A program made the position numbers and the translations under genes. DNA of 64,000 bases from Octopus sinensis (Eukaryota), in contig NC_042999.1 of assembly GCF_006345805.1 (NCBI RefSeq), forward strand, positions 151,404,001 to 151,468,000, read 5' to 3'. The notes below the pieces were generated by a model that was not told where the DNA came from, made no database searches, and saw only the letters and a program-made list of their open reading frames with translations. Of the stretch, positions 12,673 to 25,989 are shown one piece after another (positions within the stretch are counted from its first letter, which is position 1; each line of letters opens with the position of its first letter).

Positions 12673-13168
12673 CTCTGGAGATATGCTGTGAGTGCGAAGA
12701 CCCAACAAATGAAGTGAGTTCATGGCTTGCAGGACGGCCTGCTGTGTTTACCTTGGATCGTAGGGCGACCTGCTGTACTTGAGGAGACCTATTGAATCAA
12801 GTACATCAACATCAAAATAAAAATTAAATGGAAATTGCAGTTGTGATACCCGTGCCGGTGGCACATAAAAAACACCATTCAAAAGTGGCCGATGCCAGTG
12901 CCGCCTTGACTGGCACCATGCCGGTGGCATGTAATACGCACTAACTGATCGTGGACGTTGCCAGCCTCCTCTGGCCCCTGTGCGGGTGACACATAAAAAG
13001 CACCTACTACACTCACAGAGTCGTTGGCATTAGGAAGGGCATCCAGCTGTAGAGACACTGCCAGATCAGACTGGAGCCTGGTGCAGCCTCCTGGCTTCCC
13101 AGACCCCAGTCAAACCGTCCAACCCATGCTAACATGGAAAACAGATGTTAAACGATGATGATGATGAA
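12673..13168 (+). mobile_element. 5'-truncated RTE copy (ORF end, UTR hairpin array and tail)
   Basis: LWRYAVSAKTQQMK* at 12673-12717, followed by GTGCCggtGGCAC-RTAAAAAGCACC units, the terminal module and (GAT)n. Confidence 0.85.
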
Positions 13169-14480
13169 TTAAACATTTTCTTTCTGAACCAGAACAAAAT
13201 TCAAGGACGCTAATATGGATCTGGTAGACAGAAACTTCAAGATCCCCTTTGTGCCTGTATGTGTTTATATTTGCACATCATTGAAAATAACTCATCTACC
13301 AGTGGTTACTATAATTTCCCATCATTAAGTTGTCTGCTGGCTTTTTACCTTTCAAGACATCTAGAATAAGATATCCCTCACTTGAAAAAACAGATAAAGG
13401 TCAGTGATAGGAAGAACATCGTCGTCATCATTTAGTGTCCATTTTCCCTACGGACATAAGTTGAACAGTTTGGCAGGACCTGGTGGACTGCAGAGCTGCA
13501 CCAAGTTCCAGTGTTAGCTTTGGTATTATTTCTATGACTGGATGTCCTTCCTAATGCCAACCACAGCACTAGTGAGGTTGCCAAACGACTCACAAGACAG
13601 TAAAAGAACAGGAGAAAAAATGCTTTGGCTACTGAGTAAAGGGAGGAGCTGATTTTATGCCAATTGTTAAAAGGCTAAACTATGACAAACAAGCACAGGT
13701 GTCTTGCTACAGAGGGGATACATGGCTACCACACCTAGAAGGAATTACAACCGTGTTTCGTGGTCTGCTACCACAACAGCTCCTTTATAGTGTCCAGTTA
13801 GCTCAAGACATCATTAGGAGGAACCACATCCGGTTTCGGCCCCTACTCCTCTACTGTTTTGATGTGGCGGGACCCATCCTTTTGGAGGTGTCTTCAGCTC
13901 TGGTGTTGGGTGCATGTCTTCTTTCTTCTGTTCCCTGGCCTCTTCGGTGACTGACTGTCTTGTCAAATTTCTCCCTTTAAATACCTGCCGCATAGGCTCC
14001 AGCAGACAGCCCCAGCAAGTTGTCACGTGACACTGTCTCACCTTAACTGACTAGTGAAGGTGCGTAGTTTTAGCCCGTGCTTTTTCTAAATGACCGTCAC
14101 CTGTCAGTCAGCGAAACTGATTCAGTCAGCTTGTCTCACCTAATGATGTTATTTCCCGTCGGCGTGTTTATGGCTTTCAAGCCATTTTCGGTCTTCCCGC
14201 TTCAGCCATATATAGAAGCTGGCTTTTTCAACCACCTCCTGTACCCTCCATATTAGTTTACGCAGCTCAGGGCTAGAAAAAACAAATGGGTGGAGATAGT
14301 TGTGAAAAAGATGAAGATGGTAGTAATGGAGTGCCGTACCAAACTCCCAATATGCAGGAACAGCTCGGCAATATTGTCTACCTCTTGCTAGCATGGAAAA
14401 ACAAACATAAAGATGAATGGATTTAATGTTCACTTTTGCTGGACACAAAGTTTATTAATTCACCTTTTTGTTTTTTCCAG

Positions 14481-14620
14481 CCAATCCTGATAGTACAACA
14501 TCATTAGAAGAAACACTACGCCATATTCTTTGTATGGTTGACATCAACGAACTGTATAACGTAGCACTGGGGATGTATGACTTTGATATTGTTCTCATGG
14601 TGGCTGAGAAGTCACAGAAG
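14481..14620 (+). CDS. ELP1: ELP1 exon w8
   Basis: ttccag|..|gtgagt; [39 protein letters not shown]; phase 1/0. Confidence 0.97.
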
Positions 14621-14789
14621 GTGAGTGACTAGTCTTTTATTTTTATGCTGTTGAGATAAAAAAAAGTGGATGTATAGTGTAGTGTGTTTGATGTTTACTT
14701 CCAGGTGTGCCCTGAGCAGACAGACCTATAATCAAAGATAATTAAGATGTTTATTATTTTTTAAAAACTTTCTTTGTTTTGTTTTCCAG

Positions 14790-14913
14790 GACCCCAAAGA
14801 GTATCTTCCGTTTCTGAATAACTTGCAGAGTATGGAAATGAATTACCAGAAATTTACAATTGATAAATATCTGAAAAGATTTCCTAAAGCTCTGGGACAT
14901 ATAGTAAAATGTG
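14790..14913 (+). CDS. ELP1: ELP1 exon w9
   Basis: ttccag|..|gtgagt; [41 protein letters not shown]; phase 0/1. Confidence 0.97.
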
Positions 14914-16392
14914 GTGAGTTGTCTTTGCATGTTATTATTGTTGCAAGCGAAGTGTAGAAATGGTACCACACCAAACTAAATACCTGACAATTTGGCCTCT
15001 GGGAAAGTGCAGAAGGTGTCAACATGCTCTTAGATCATGATAATTATATCCCTGACAGATGCAGGGTTCAAATACTTGCAGCAAAGCAAACTCTGTTCAA
15101 CATACTCATGAGCTACATGGTGGTATTAAACAGAGCAGTATGATATGCCTTCCTCTACACTCTTTGTCTTATACACACTATAAAGTGGTTGGTATTAGGA
15201 AGGGCATCCAGCTATAGAAAACATGACAAAGCAGACTCATTGGATCCTTGTTAAACTGTCCAGTGGATAAGGATGCTGATGACCTCACCAACCTCTCTGC
15301 AATCACTTCCAAACAGTGCCCACTCCTGTGCAAATTACGCAAATCTTCTTTCTTCTCTAATTTTCTGCACCTAAATATCCTCCACAGATAACCTAGGCAT
15401 TTCATGATCACAAGGAATTGTCTACATTTTGGTAGATTGGAACAATAGAACTTGATAGTTGCATTGAATTTTTGTTGTTGCTTCGCTCCAGGTCAATCCT
15501 GATCAATCTCACCTAAAACCGATTTCTCAATAACTTATTCATCTAACCCATGCAGGCACGGAAAAACAGACGTAAAAGTGAATGAATGCAATTCTTTTAT
15601 TTGTTTTAGTCATTTGACTGCAGCCGTGTTGGAGCACCTCCTTTTTAGTCGAACAAGTTGACCCCAGGACTTATTTTTTATAAGCCTAGTACTTATTCTA
15701 TCGGTCTCTTTTGCTGAAACATTAAGTTACCGGGACATAAACACACCAACATCGGTTGTCAAGTGATAATGGCGGGGACAAACACAGACACACAAACATA
15801 CACATGCACACACACACATATACGATGGGCTTCTTTCAGTTTCCACCTACCAAATCCACTCACAAGGCTTTGGTCAGCCCAAGGCTATAGTAGAAGACAC
15901 TTACCCAAGGTGCCACACAGTGGGACTAAACCCGGAACCATGTGGTTGGTAAGCAAGCTACTTACCACACAGCCACTCCTATACCTATCTCTGCAATCTT
16001 CATAATAATTTCACATTTCATATCAATTCCAAGGGGTTTTTTTTATTAGTTTTGTGTGGGCTTTTTAGTCTAGCAAGTTATAATGTAACCTTATTAATGC
16101 TGGTTCCACACAAAAGACACCCAATATACACTATGAAATAAGTGGTGTTATTAAGGGTATCCAACCATAGAAGCCATGCTAAAGTGAGTCACTAGAACAA
16201 GTCATAGTCCTCTACTTCACTTGATTCTGCGAAAACATCTAACCCATGCCAGCATGGAAAGTGGATGTAAACCTGATAAAAACTGAGGTTTTGTTTGCTT
16301 CATTGTATTGTTATATGGAACAAGAATTCAGTTTTTTTTTTTTATTTTTTTATTTTTACGTGTGTTTCTCATAAAGAAAAAATATTTTTTAG

Positions 16393-16490
16393 GTCCTGAT
16401 CATTGGAATGAATGCCTGCAGTTTATTGAAGAACACAAGCTCTATAAAGAAGCCTTGAAGTTATATAAATCCACAAGTACAGAGTTTAAA
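16393..16490 (+). CDS. ELP1: ELP1 exon w10
   Basis: ttttag|..|gtaagt; PDHWNECLQFIEEHKLYKEALKLYKSTSTEFK; phase 1/0. Confidence 0.95.
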
Positions 16491-19400
16491 GTAAGTCTTT
16501 GACCATATCATTAAGGTGTCCTCCATCTGGCCAGTATGTACTTCAAGTTTATTTCATTCATAAAATTGTTATATAAATTAATCTAGGCACAGGTATGGCT
16601 GTGTGAGAAAGCATTGTCAGTGGATTTGGTAGACAGAAATTTAAAGAAACCCACTATATATATATATATACACATACACATACTTATATGTTTAAAATTA
16701 AAATATAGTTTTTAGTATCAAACTACGATAAAGTAATGTAGAGGCCTGATGATTGGGGTTATATTTTAAGAAAGGTTCCTGCAAAACATGGCATGGTTAA
16801 GGAACCGGAAAATGAACCTCAAGAAACACGTGTAGCCGAGATATAAGTAGTAAGTATTAAATTAAAATTCTTTTATATTGGTGGGACGAAGGGGCCTACT
16901 ATCTCTAAATGAATATATATATATATATGCACACATTACACACACACATCATCATCATCATTTAATGTCCACTTTCCATGCTGGCATGGGTTGGATGGTT
17001 TGACTGAGGACTAGCAAATCAGGAGGCTGCAAGGTTCCAATCTGTTCTGGGAAGTTTTCTGCAGCTGGATGCCCTTCCTAATGCCAATCACTCCAAGAGT
17101 GTAGTGGGTGCTTTTTAACGTGCCACCGGTACAGGGGCCAGTTAGGTGGCACTGGCATCGACCAGGTTTGAATGGTGCTTTTTTATGTGCCACCGGTACG
17201 GGAACTAGTCAGGCAGTACTGGCATCGGTTATATATACATATCATCATTATCATCGTCGTTTAACGTCCATTTTCCATACTAGCATGGGTTGGATGGTTT
17301 GACCGGCATCTGGGGAGCCAGGAGGCTGCACCAGGCTCCAGTCTGATCTGGCAGTGTTTCTACAGCTTGATGCCCTTCCTAATGCTAACCACTCCGTGAG
17401 TGTAGTGGGTGCTTTTTACGTGCCAGACGAGGCTGGCAAATGGCCACGATCAGTTGGTGCTTTTTACGTGCCACCAGCATATATACATATATAATACACA
17501 CACACACATATATTTGTATGTACAAGAAAATACAGGAGGATTAGTTAATTATGATTTTATGCAACATATTCCTCTCTCAAATTCACACACTTATTGCTGC
17601 AGTCCTTCAGTTTTTCTATGCCCTGTGAAAGAACTTGAAAAGTTGGACCTCCAACCAGGCCTTTCATGATAACCGTAAAACCACAAACTTTTCATAAGCT
17701 CCTCATATATATGTGTATGTGTGTGTATTAACTGTCTCCATACCTTGACATTGCATGAAAGTGACACTTGTTTACAAGTGTCACTCTCATACAAGCAGTG
17801 TCATACAAGTGTCACTGTCATATAAGCAGTGTCATACAAGTGTCAGTGTCATATAAGCACTGTCATCCATTTCCGATATTCTGTAAAAACATGTTTGGCC
17901 TTGGAGAAACATTCCTTTGCTTAGAAAGAGGTGAAGGTTGATGACAAGAAAACATCAGGCTGTAGAAAATTTGCTTCAGTAAACTCTGTCCAACCCATGC
18001 AAGCATAGAAAAGTGGATGTTAAAAAACGATGATGACAGCTGGTAGCAATGGCAGCAGGCCTCCTACAGTTTCCTTCTACTTATTCCTGTCATGTAACAT
18101 TGGTGAGCTCAAGACTATATTAGAAGGTAGAAAGCGCATGACCACTATTCTACACATAGGAAACAAACCCAGAAATTGCATACTTGTGTCCTTCACTCTC
18201 TATGTAGCTTAGGCCATTAACAGCTTTTCTCTACTCTTTTTGATTCTGGGTTTTCTCTCTCTCTCTCTTTACATATATATATATATATTAATATTATTGT
18301 TTAGGGAATCAAAATTCTGGCATAACAGAGGTTCAAATTATTCTCAATGAAGAAATATATTTTAATTTAGAGATAGTAGGCCCCTACATCTCACCATATA
18401 AAAAGAATTTTTATTTTAATTTTAAATACCTACTTATATATATGATGATATATATATATATATTTCTGCCTCTTTCCAGTTGGATCTCTGCTTGTTCTAC
18501 TCTGCCTCATATCCCACTTTCTATGTTTCTTTAAGGAAAGGCCTTCCTCTCCCAGGTCTTGTTGGTTTGGACTTGTCATTGATTATTCTGTAACTTTATG
18601 GTTTTATAGTTAGGATTGTTGGCTCTACACAAAGCCACTTCTCTGGGATGAGATGACCCATATTAGTCTGGCCCTTATCCTTTCATCTATCCAGCATAAG
18701 AAACCATATCAGGCACATTGCTGTCATAGCTCCCAGGGTCATTGTGTCACACAAATCACCACACCACAACAAAGACTGGACCCTGTAGGGGCAATGCCAC
18801 ATGGTTACAGCATAAACTTCTTAACCACACAACCACACCTGTGCCTCATATCTTTTATCTTTTACTTATTTCAGTCATTAGACTGTGGCCATGCTGGGGC
18901 ACTGCCTTGAAGAATTTTTAGTCATAGGAATCAGCCCTAGTACATAATTGTTTTTTGAAGCATGGTACTTAATCAATTGGTTTCATTTACCAAATGTTAA
19001 GTTATGAGGACATAAAAACATGTGGATCATCATCATCATCGATTAACGTCTGTTTTCCATGCTGGCATGGGTTGGACAGTTTGACTAAGGTCTGGAGAGC
19101 CGGCAGCTGCACCAGGCTCCAATCTGGTCTGGTCTGGCAGAGTTTCTACAGCTAGATGCCCTTCCTAATGCCAACCACTCCGTTAGGAAGAGCATCCACC
19201 TATAGAAACTCTGCCAGACCAGATTGGAGTCTGGTGCAGCCGCTTGCTCTCTAGACCTCAGTCAAACCATCCACATGATGTGCTTCTTTCAGTTTCCATC
19301 TACTAAATCCACTACTATAGCCTTGGGCTGAGAAAAAGCCCAAGGCTATAGTAGAAGACACTTACCCAAGGTGCCATCCAGTCAGACTGAACCCAGAACT

Positions 19401-19501
19401 ATGTGGTTCGGAAGCAAGCTTCTTACCACACAGCCACACTTGCACCTATGTATAAATTTTTTTTCTCAAATATGTTTCCATATGTTTTTCTCATGTTCTA
19501 G

Positions 19502-19703
19502 TTGATAGCAAGTAGTTATGGTGATGATCTGCTGCTACAAAAGCACCATGAAGAAGCAGGAGTGATGTATATAAAAGCTAACAAATGGGAAAATGCTCTT
19601 CAGTGCTTCCAGAAAACTTTGAATATTCAACAGGCCATGTGTATGGCACACCAACTGAACTATTCCAGGAATCAAATCATTGAACTTTGCAACACAATGG
19701 CAG
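19502..19703 (+). CDS. ELP1: ELP1 exon w11 (TPR region)
   Basis: ttctag|..|gtaatg; LIASSYGDDLLLQKHHEEAGVMYIKANKWENALQCF..QIIELCNTMA; phase 0/1. Confidence 0.94.
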
Positions 19704-19774
19704 GTAATGTATGCTTCAACTTTCTTACACAGAAACTGATTTTTGTATATACACACACACAGAATGTTCCCCAC

Positions 19775-19934
19775 AGGAGTGGCTGTGTGGTAAGTAGCTT
19801 GCTTAATAACCACATGGTTCCGGGTTCAGTCCCACTGCGTGGCATCTTGGGCAAGTGTCTTCTGCTATAGCCCCGGGCTGACCAATGCCTTGTGAGTGGA
19901 TTTGGTAGACGGAAACTGAAAGAAGCCTGTCGTA

Positions 19935-19995
<61 letters not shown>

Positions 19996-20190
19996 CTGTG
20001 TTTGTCCCCCTAGCATTGCTTGACAACCGATGCTGGTGTGTTTACCTCCCCGTCACTTAGCGGTTTGGCAAAAGAGAGCGATAGAATAAGTACTGGGCTT
20101 ACAAAGAATAAGTCCTGGGGTCGATTTGCTCGACTAAAGGCGGGGCTCCAGCATGGCCGCAGTCAAATGACTGAAACAAGTAAAAGAGTA
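19775..20190 (+). mobile_element. tRNA-derived SINE family A (representative copy)
   Basis: TGGCTGTGTGG A-box, GGTTCAGTCCC B-box, central (TA)n(TG)n, tail GAAACAAGTAAAAGAGTA; other copies at 1835-2190, 12270-12500, 15595-15978, 21700-22100, 43850-44150, 49985-50352, 56497-56868. Confidence 0.85.
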
Positions 20191-20824
20191 TAGAGAGTAT
20201 ACACACATCTATTATTCATATCATCATCATCTTCATTATTTTAATGTCTGTTTTTCCGTGCTTCCATGGGTCAGATGGAATTCATTGAGGCAGATATATA
20301 TATATGTATATGTTTGTATGTCTGTGTTTGTCCCTCCATTATTGCTTGACAACCGATGTTGGTGTCTTTATTTCCCTGTAATTTAGCGGTTCGACAAAAC
20401 AGACCAATAGAATAAGTACTAGGCTTACAAAGAGTAAATTCTGGGGTTGTTTGACTAAATGCCGTGCTCCAGTATGGTCGCAGTCAAATGACTGAAACAA
20501 GTAAAAGAATACCTAGACAAAGTTACAATGTACACTTAAAAAACTCAAAAAAATTCAGCTGCAAAAGTCATGCCCCAGCATGAACTTAGCAATGCTAAAA
20601 CAAACTTAAGAGCTGAAGAACACACACACACAAACTCTAAACTCAACTCCGTTGGTCATGAATGGCCATGGGTGCACCTAAGAGGTTTTCCTCTGGGGTA
20701 CAAGTCTGGGCGGAAACTTGCCTCACTGATGAACGTGCAGTGTAGGGTGGTTCTTATGGAAGACCAGCAGTTGCCCATGCATACCAGCCTCCCCTCTTCA
20801 TGCTACAAGTATTATCCAAGGGAA

Positions 20825-21059
20825 AGGCGGCGAGCTGGCAGAATCGTTAGCACACCGGGCGAAATGCTTAGCGGCATTTCGTCTGCCGCTACGTTCTGAG
20901 TTCAAATTCCGCCAAGGTCGACTTTGCCTTTCATCCTTTCGGGGGTCGATTATATAAGTACCAGTTACATACTGGGGTCGATGTAATCGGCTTTATCCGT
21001 GTGTCTGTCCTTGTTTGTCCCCTCTGTGTTTAGCCCCTTGTGGGTAGTAAAGAAATAAA
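20825..21059 (+). mobile_element. tRNA-derived SINE with GCCTTTCATCCTTTCGGGGTCGAT core, nested in another SINE
   Basis: 15-bp TSD TATTATCCAAGGGAA at 20810 and 21060; relatives at 23415, 32770, 37570, 44595. Confidence 0.85.
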
Positions 21060-21615
21060 TATTATCCAAGGGAACGGCAAAGGCCGATGCAGCTTGGCAC
21101 CAGAGATATTGCAACTCATTTCTACAGCTGAGTGAGCTGCAGCAACATGAAATAAAGTGTCTTGCTCAAGAACACAACACACAGCCTGGTCCAGGAATTG
21201 AACTCACAACCTCACAATTGTAAGCTCAACGCTCTAACCACTGGGCCATGCGCCTTCACACACACATATGCACACATTAATTCATATATTTGTTCATTCA
21301 CTTTTATGTTCATTTTCCCATGCTGACATGTACATTATCAAGGCTTCCTGATGATAACCTGTTTTCTGAATAAGGTATTGTCCCCACAAAAGTGTGAATT
21401 GAGCAAATTGTTTGTTGGCAGGACGACTGACAACAGCAACACTAAAATGTAAACAAACACACAGGCATACACACATGCACTTATCTGCAACATACACGTG
21501 TATGTATGACAAGCTTAAATATACTGTAATCTCTCGCCATATCGCAGTTTATTATTCAAGCTTATATCGATTCCTCCGTGGTGTTATTTTGCATTTATGA
21601 TAAAATAAATATATA

Positions 21616-21655
<40 letters not shown>

Positions 21656-23017
21656 GTTTAACGTCCGTTCTCCATGCTAGCATGGGTTGGAAAACAAATT
21701 ATAGAAATAATAAAAAAAGCGTATATGGTTCCAGGTTCAGTCCCACTGCATGGCATTTTAGGCAAGTGTCTTCTACTATGGCTTTGGGCTGACCAAAGCT
21801 GTGTGAGTGGATTTAGTTGGCGGAAACTGAAAGAAGCCCGTCAGGTGTATGTATATATATACATATATATACATATATACACACACACACATGTATGTAT
21901 GTATTTGTGTCTGTATTTGACCCCCACCTCCATCGCCTAATAACCGATGTTGGTGTGTTTACGTGCCCGTAACTTAGCGATTCCACAAAAGAGACTGATA
22001 GAATAAGTACTAGGCTTACAAAGAATAAGACTTGGGATTGATTTGTTCATCTAAAGACAGTGCTCCAGCATGGCTGCAGTCAAACAGTGATTGAATCAAG
22101 TGAAAGAGTAGTGCAGTACTGTTTCTACTTTGCGGATTTTCACCTATCGCAGCGGAGTTTTGGGACGTAACACACGTGATAGTCAAGGGATTACTGTACA
22201 TTCATACATACACACACACCCACACACATATATTTGCCTGGAAACAGGTGAGGGTTGATGACAGGAAGGACATCCAGCCATACAAAATCTGCCTCAATAA
22301 ATCCATCTAACCTATTCAAACATGGAAAAGTGGTGATTAAATGGTGATGATTGTGTGTGTCACCCATGCCAGCATGGAAAACATTTGTTAAATGATGGAG
22401 TCATCATCATCATCATCACCATTTAGGAAGAGTTTGTGTGTGTGCATATTATATCTTGGAGTGGTTGTCATTAGGAAGGCCGGATCAGATTGGAGCCTGG
22501 TGCAGCCTTCTGGCTTGCCAGCCCTAACTCAAACCGTGTCCAACCCATGCTATCATGGAAAGCAGATGTCAAAAAACGATGATGATGATCATCCTCATCA
22601 TCGTTATTGACATCCATTTTCTAATCTGGAATGGGTTGGACGGTTTGACAGGTGCTGGCCAGGTAGAAGACTGCACCAGACTTCTGTGTCTGTTTTGGCA
22701 TGTTTTTTTACTGCTGGATGCCCTTCCAAATGCCAACCACTTCCCAGTGTGGACTGAATGCTTTTTACTTGGCACCAGCCCTGGCAGGGTCACCAAGTAA
22801 CTTACAAGGTTAGGAATTTTAAGAGGAGGTGATCTTGTGTCAGAGGAGGAAAGATTAGAGTGCGACAAAGGGGCAGAAACAGGTATCTTGCTGTAGAGGA
22901 GGTACATGGTTACCTGGCCAAGAGAGAGGGTGAGAGTGGTAACAAGAAAGAGGACAGAAACAGGTGTGCTGCTGTGTATCGTTTTCCTCATTGACATTTG
23001 ACCTCTTTGTTTTCCAG

Positions 23018-23079
23018 TTTCCCTGAAATCTGTGAACAGACATCAAGATGCTGCTGTCCTGTATGAACAATATGTGGAG
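23018..23079 (+). CDS. ELP1: ELP1 exon w12
   Basis: ttccag|..|gtatgt; SLKSVNRHQDAAVLYEQYVE; phase 1/0. Confidence 0.92.
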
Positions 23080-23698
23080 GTATGTACCTTGTGTTTTGAT
23101 TGTACACTACTAAACAAGGATCAAATCATCATTTAACATCCGTTTTCCAATCTGGCATGGGTTGGACAGTTGGACAGGAGATGGCCAGGCAGGAGTCTGC
23201 ACCATGCTTCTGTGTCTGTTTTGGCATGGTTTTTATAGCTGGATGCCCTTCCTTACACCAACCATCCCGCAAACTGGACTGAGTGCTTTTTCAATGGCAC
23301 CAGCACAGGCGAGGTCAGTTTTGGCCTTGTGTTTCTGTTGTACACTGCTAAGCAACAAACAAATAGCCTGAGAAGTAGCAAGACATCAGGAGTAGCAATA
23401 CATATTGTGTAAAAAAGGCGGCAAGCTGGCAGAAATGCTAGCACGCCAGGCGAAATGCTTAGCGGTATTTCCTCTGTCTTTACATTCTGAGTTCAAATTC
23501 CACCTAGGTTGAATTTGCCTTTCATCCTTTCGGGGTCGATAGAGTAAGTACCAGTTGCGTACTGTGATTGATCTAATAGACTGGTCCCCCCCACCAAAAA
23601 AAAAATTTCAGGCCTTGTGCCTAAGGTAGAAAAGAATACATATTGTGTAAATGCAACATCAACAGGTTGTTTCATGATTGTTAACAAAATGGCCATTA

Positions 23699-23943
23699 GA
23701 GTAAAGAATATTTGCCAACATAACATGGCAGTCCTGGTTTAGGATGGTATGTTGCTGTAATTTAGCCCCTGGAAACATCATCTCCAGCTGGCTATACGAC
23801 ATGATCTGTGTCCTTATATTTTCAAACAAGAACACAGATCGTGTCATATAGCCAGCTGGCGACAATGTTTCCTGGGGCTAAATTACAGCAACATTCGTCC
23901 TAAACCAGGACTGCCATGTTATGTTGACAAATAATCTTTACTC
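23699..23943. mobile_element. 245-bp palindromic MITE with TA TSD
   Basis: Arms of about 115 bp are near-perfectly inverted with a loop of about 12 nt; TA on both flanks. Confidence 0.8.
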
Positions 23944-25989
23944 TAGAATACTTTTGCTGAATATCTCTCACTGAGAGATTTACAAATAGTAATTTCCTAA
24001 AATGGCCATTGTCATAACTTGTACTTGCATGCTAGCTGTTTCATTTCTTATGTACAATTTCCTTTTACCTTCTGTGATGTTAAGAATCTACCAAAGATGC
24101 TCTGATTCTGGTACAAATTGTTTCTCTTCACTTATCCCTCTAGATCTTGCATCTTCTTGTATCTGCCCCTACTGCCATGCCCCACCTTACTGTATGACTT
24201 TTTCAAATCAGTAACATATCTAGCATTTTCCATCTTTTACTTGTGTCAGTCATTGGACTGTGGCCATGCTGGGGTACTGCCTTGAAGGGCTTAGTCAAAC
24301 AAATTGACTCATCATCATCATCATCATTTAATGTCAGTTGTCCGTGCTGGCATGGTTTGGATGGTTTGACTAGGCTCGCATGCTGGAAGGCTGCACCAAA
24401 CCCTAGTTTGATTTGGCATGGTTTTCTACAGCTGGATGCCCTTCCTAATGCCAACCACTCCGAGGGTGTCATGGGTGCTTTTACGTGCCACCTGTATGGG
24501 TGCCAATTTGCATGGCAGCCTAGTACTTATTCTATTGCCAAATTGTGAAGTTATGGGAATGTAAACAAACCAATTCCAATTGTCAAGGTAGACACATACA
24601 CACACACCACACACTTAGATATAGATAGATAGATAGATAGATAGCAAGACAGATTATATATATATACATATATATGGACTTATGGTGCATAAAAGCAGTC
24701 ATATTTATATTGTTGACAAATGAGAACTTTCTGCTATGGCTGCCAGAACTGCCAAATCATGATTCTGTCCTACCTGGGCTCCTTGTTGGCAGACATCCAG
24801 AGATATATATATATACTCTCACGGTGTATATATATATATATATATATGTCTTTTCCTGCATGGCGTTCTAAGGACTGAACATCTATCTCTCTCTTCTCTT
24901 TCCAAAGAAAATATTTTTCCCAACATTTGCTATTTTCCTCTTATTCTTGCCAAACGACCTTCCATCTTTGTTTTTGTTCGGTTTTCTTCTATGTCTCCAC
25001 TGTCTTGTTTTTATTCCCAACTTTGACCCTCCATAAATCCATGCTTGGTACTTTTATCATGCCACTGCTACAATTGAGGAAGCCATGTGGTTAGCAAAAC
25101 TGAAACCTGACATAAGGGGACAGGGTCTATATGAGGACATGAGAGGTTAGACCATTGGTTCTTAACCATGTTTTGCCTATAGACCCCCTTTGGTTCCTAT
25201 TCTACTCAGGGAGACTGGACCATCATTCAATGTCTAAAACTCCTGTTATTTTTTTATGATTAGGAATTGTAGAAAACATTTTGTATATTGTAGAAATATA
25301 ACAAGTTTATTAAGAAAATTTTATATGGACCCCGATCGACCACCACCAGGGTCATATGTATCCTGGTTGAGAAACGCTGTATTAGTGCATGAATGAGGGA
25401 TGAGTGGGCAGAGCAGGTTCTTGTTACAGAAGAGCTACATAGGTGCTCACATTTTGAAGAGAGTGGTTGGCGTTAGGAAGGGCATCCAGCTGTAGAAACT
25501 CTGCCAGATCAAGTTTGAAGCCTGGTGCAGCCATCTGGTTCGCCAGCCCTCAGTCACACGTCCAACCCATGCTAGCAGGGAAAACGGACGTTAAACGATG
25601 ATGATGAAGTACATCTCTGAAATTGTAGAATTACCTAGGTTGCACTTTGCAAAATAACAGCTAAAATTTCTGAGGAATGGAAGTAAAGACCTTCATTTCT
25701 GCTACGCATGTTTATTTTTGTTGTAAAGTTTAACCCTTTTCATACCAACCTGCCTGAAACTTCCCCTTGTCTATGATGCAAACTCCCTGCCTTAAAGTTA
25801 TCTTGATTAAAATCTTCTGTCAGAATTTCTTGTTTATTTTTCTTCCAACCACCAGTTTAGTTGTAACAAAGGCAGTGTACTTCAGCAGAAATATGACGAC
25901 TAAAGGGTTAAAAATGTCTTTTTTTTACCTTTTCTTTCTATCTTGTAGAAAGTTGTAACATTTATAATAATTGTCATCATTTAACAGGT

